Under the pieces are notes generated by a model. That model was not told the origin of the DNA. It made no database searches and saw only the letters and a list, made by a program, of their open reading frames with translations. The translations under genes were made by a program, and so were the position numbers. This document shows, piece by piece, positions 63,210 through 64,000 of a DNA stretch of 64,000 bases (positions are counted from its first letter, which is position 1; every line of letters starts with the position of its first letter). The DNA is taken from the NCBI GenBank assembly GCA_002189035.1, contig NEEC01000021.1:62001-126000 (forward strand). The letters are read 5' to 3'. This DNA comes from Utricularia gibba (Eukaryota; Plantae; Magnoliophyta).

Positions 63210-64000
63210 CTATGGCACTGTCAAGCCCAAGATTACTACCTCCTCCCATGTTTGACGGCAAAAACTACTCCAGATGAGCAGCCAAGATGACCAACCATCT
63301 CAGAATCCTAAAGTTGTGGGAAGTCTTTCTGAACCCGCCAATCTTCATTGACTCTGACATTGTCATAGCTGCAAAATAGGAGGAAAAAAACTCTTAGCTA
63401 GAAGCATTATAGATGCACCAATTGATGAGGAAACTTACGACCACATAATACACTGCAAGACCATGAAAGCAGTATGGAACACACTTGCCTCTGAGTTCTT
63501 TGTTATAGAAGAGAAAAAGGAGAAAGATATCATCACCTTATGGCGACTTATAGACACCTAAAACTGGCTTCTGGAAGCTCCATGGCATCGTTTGCTGAAA
63601 CACTTCTGCCTGCCATAAAGAGTCTCAAAACCCTAGGTGAGAATGTTGATGACAGGAGAGTAAAGGAGAAAATAGTTGGAGTACTATATAGATCGTACAG
63701 TGCTACTGTCACTGCCGTAGTCTCTACCAGTGGGTTGAAGAAGCTAACTCCTGCACAACTGATTGAGGCTCTAGAAGATGCTGAAATTCAAAACAAAAAT
63801 ATCAAAACTAGGAAATCAACGATGGAGCATTCAAAGCCACTCACCTAAACTCAAGCAATGGAATGAATGGAAAGGAGAGAATGGGCGACCACCCTCCGTG
63901 TCCTTACTGCAAATAGAGAAACCATGTGCCTCAAAACAGCTTCTACCACCCTGCAAAAGTCTGCAAATATTGCCAAGAAAAGGGACATATTCAAAAGATT
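63210..64000 (+). mobile_element. Ty1/copia gag (decayed), running off the window
   Basis: PPPMFDGKNYS..KMTNHL...LWEV; CKTMKAVWNTL; KTLGENVDDRRVKEKI; two decayed zinc knuckles (CPYCK..H and CKYCQEKGH). Confidence 0.85.

Noticed and set aside
1-64000. CRISPR arrays, tRNA/rRNA genes, intact host genes, prokaryotic systems
   Set aside because: No regularly spaced repeats or RNA-gene signatures were seen. Short tandem duplications (e.g. 4984-5025, 19129-19160) and microsatellites (GA at ~757-775) are ordinary slippage products.

Overview
AT-rich plant (probably eudicot) nuclear DNA made almost entirely of nested, decayed transposons and old plastid-derived insertions (NUPTs). I found no intact host gene, RNA gene or CRISPR array. 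LTR retrotransposons: one full-length Athila-type Ty3/gypsy element (48634-59632, TSD GTGGG), CRM-type gypsy pieces, three copia remnants and three solo LTRs with TSDs. DNA transposons: a structurally complete PIF/Harbinger element (11132-15486), MULE remnants and MITEs. Plastid-derived DNA: a duplicated NUPT made of a colinear accD-psaI-ycf4-cemA block and a fine-scale mosaic of psaA/rpoC2/rps4/ycf2 snippets. The most unusual structure is an Athila derivative (31344-34841). Both of its ends are the same LTR head (TGATAGC...) in inverted orientation, yet it is flanked by a perfect 5-bp TSD (ATCTT), which suggests integrase inserted an aberrant cDNA with two U3 ends. Also notable is a Pack-MULE-like element carrying the last two exons of an AGO4-clade Argonaute gene. 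All family and gene assignments come from motifs I recognised by eye; no database search was run.
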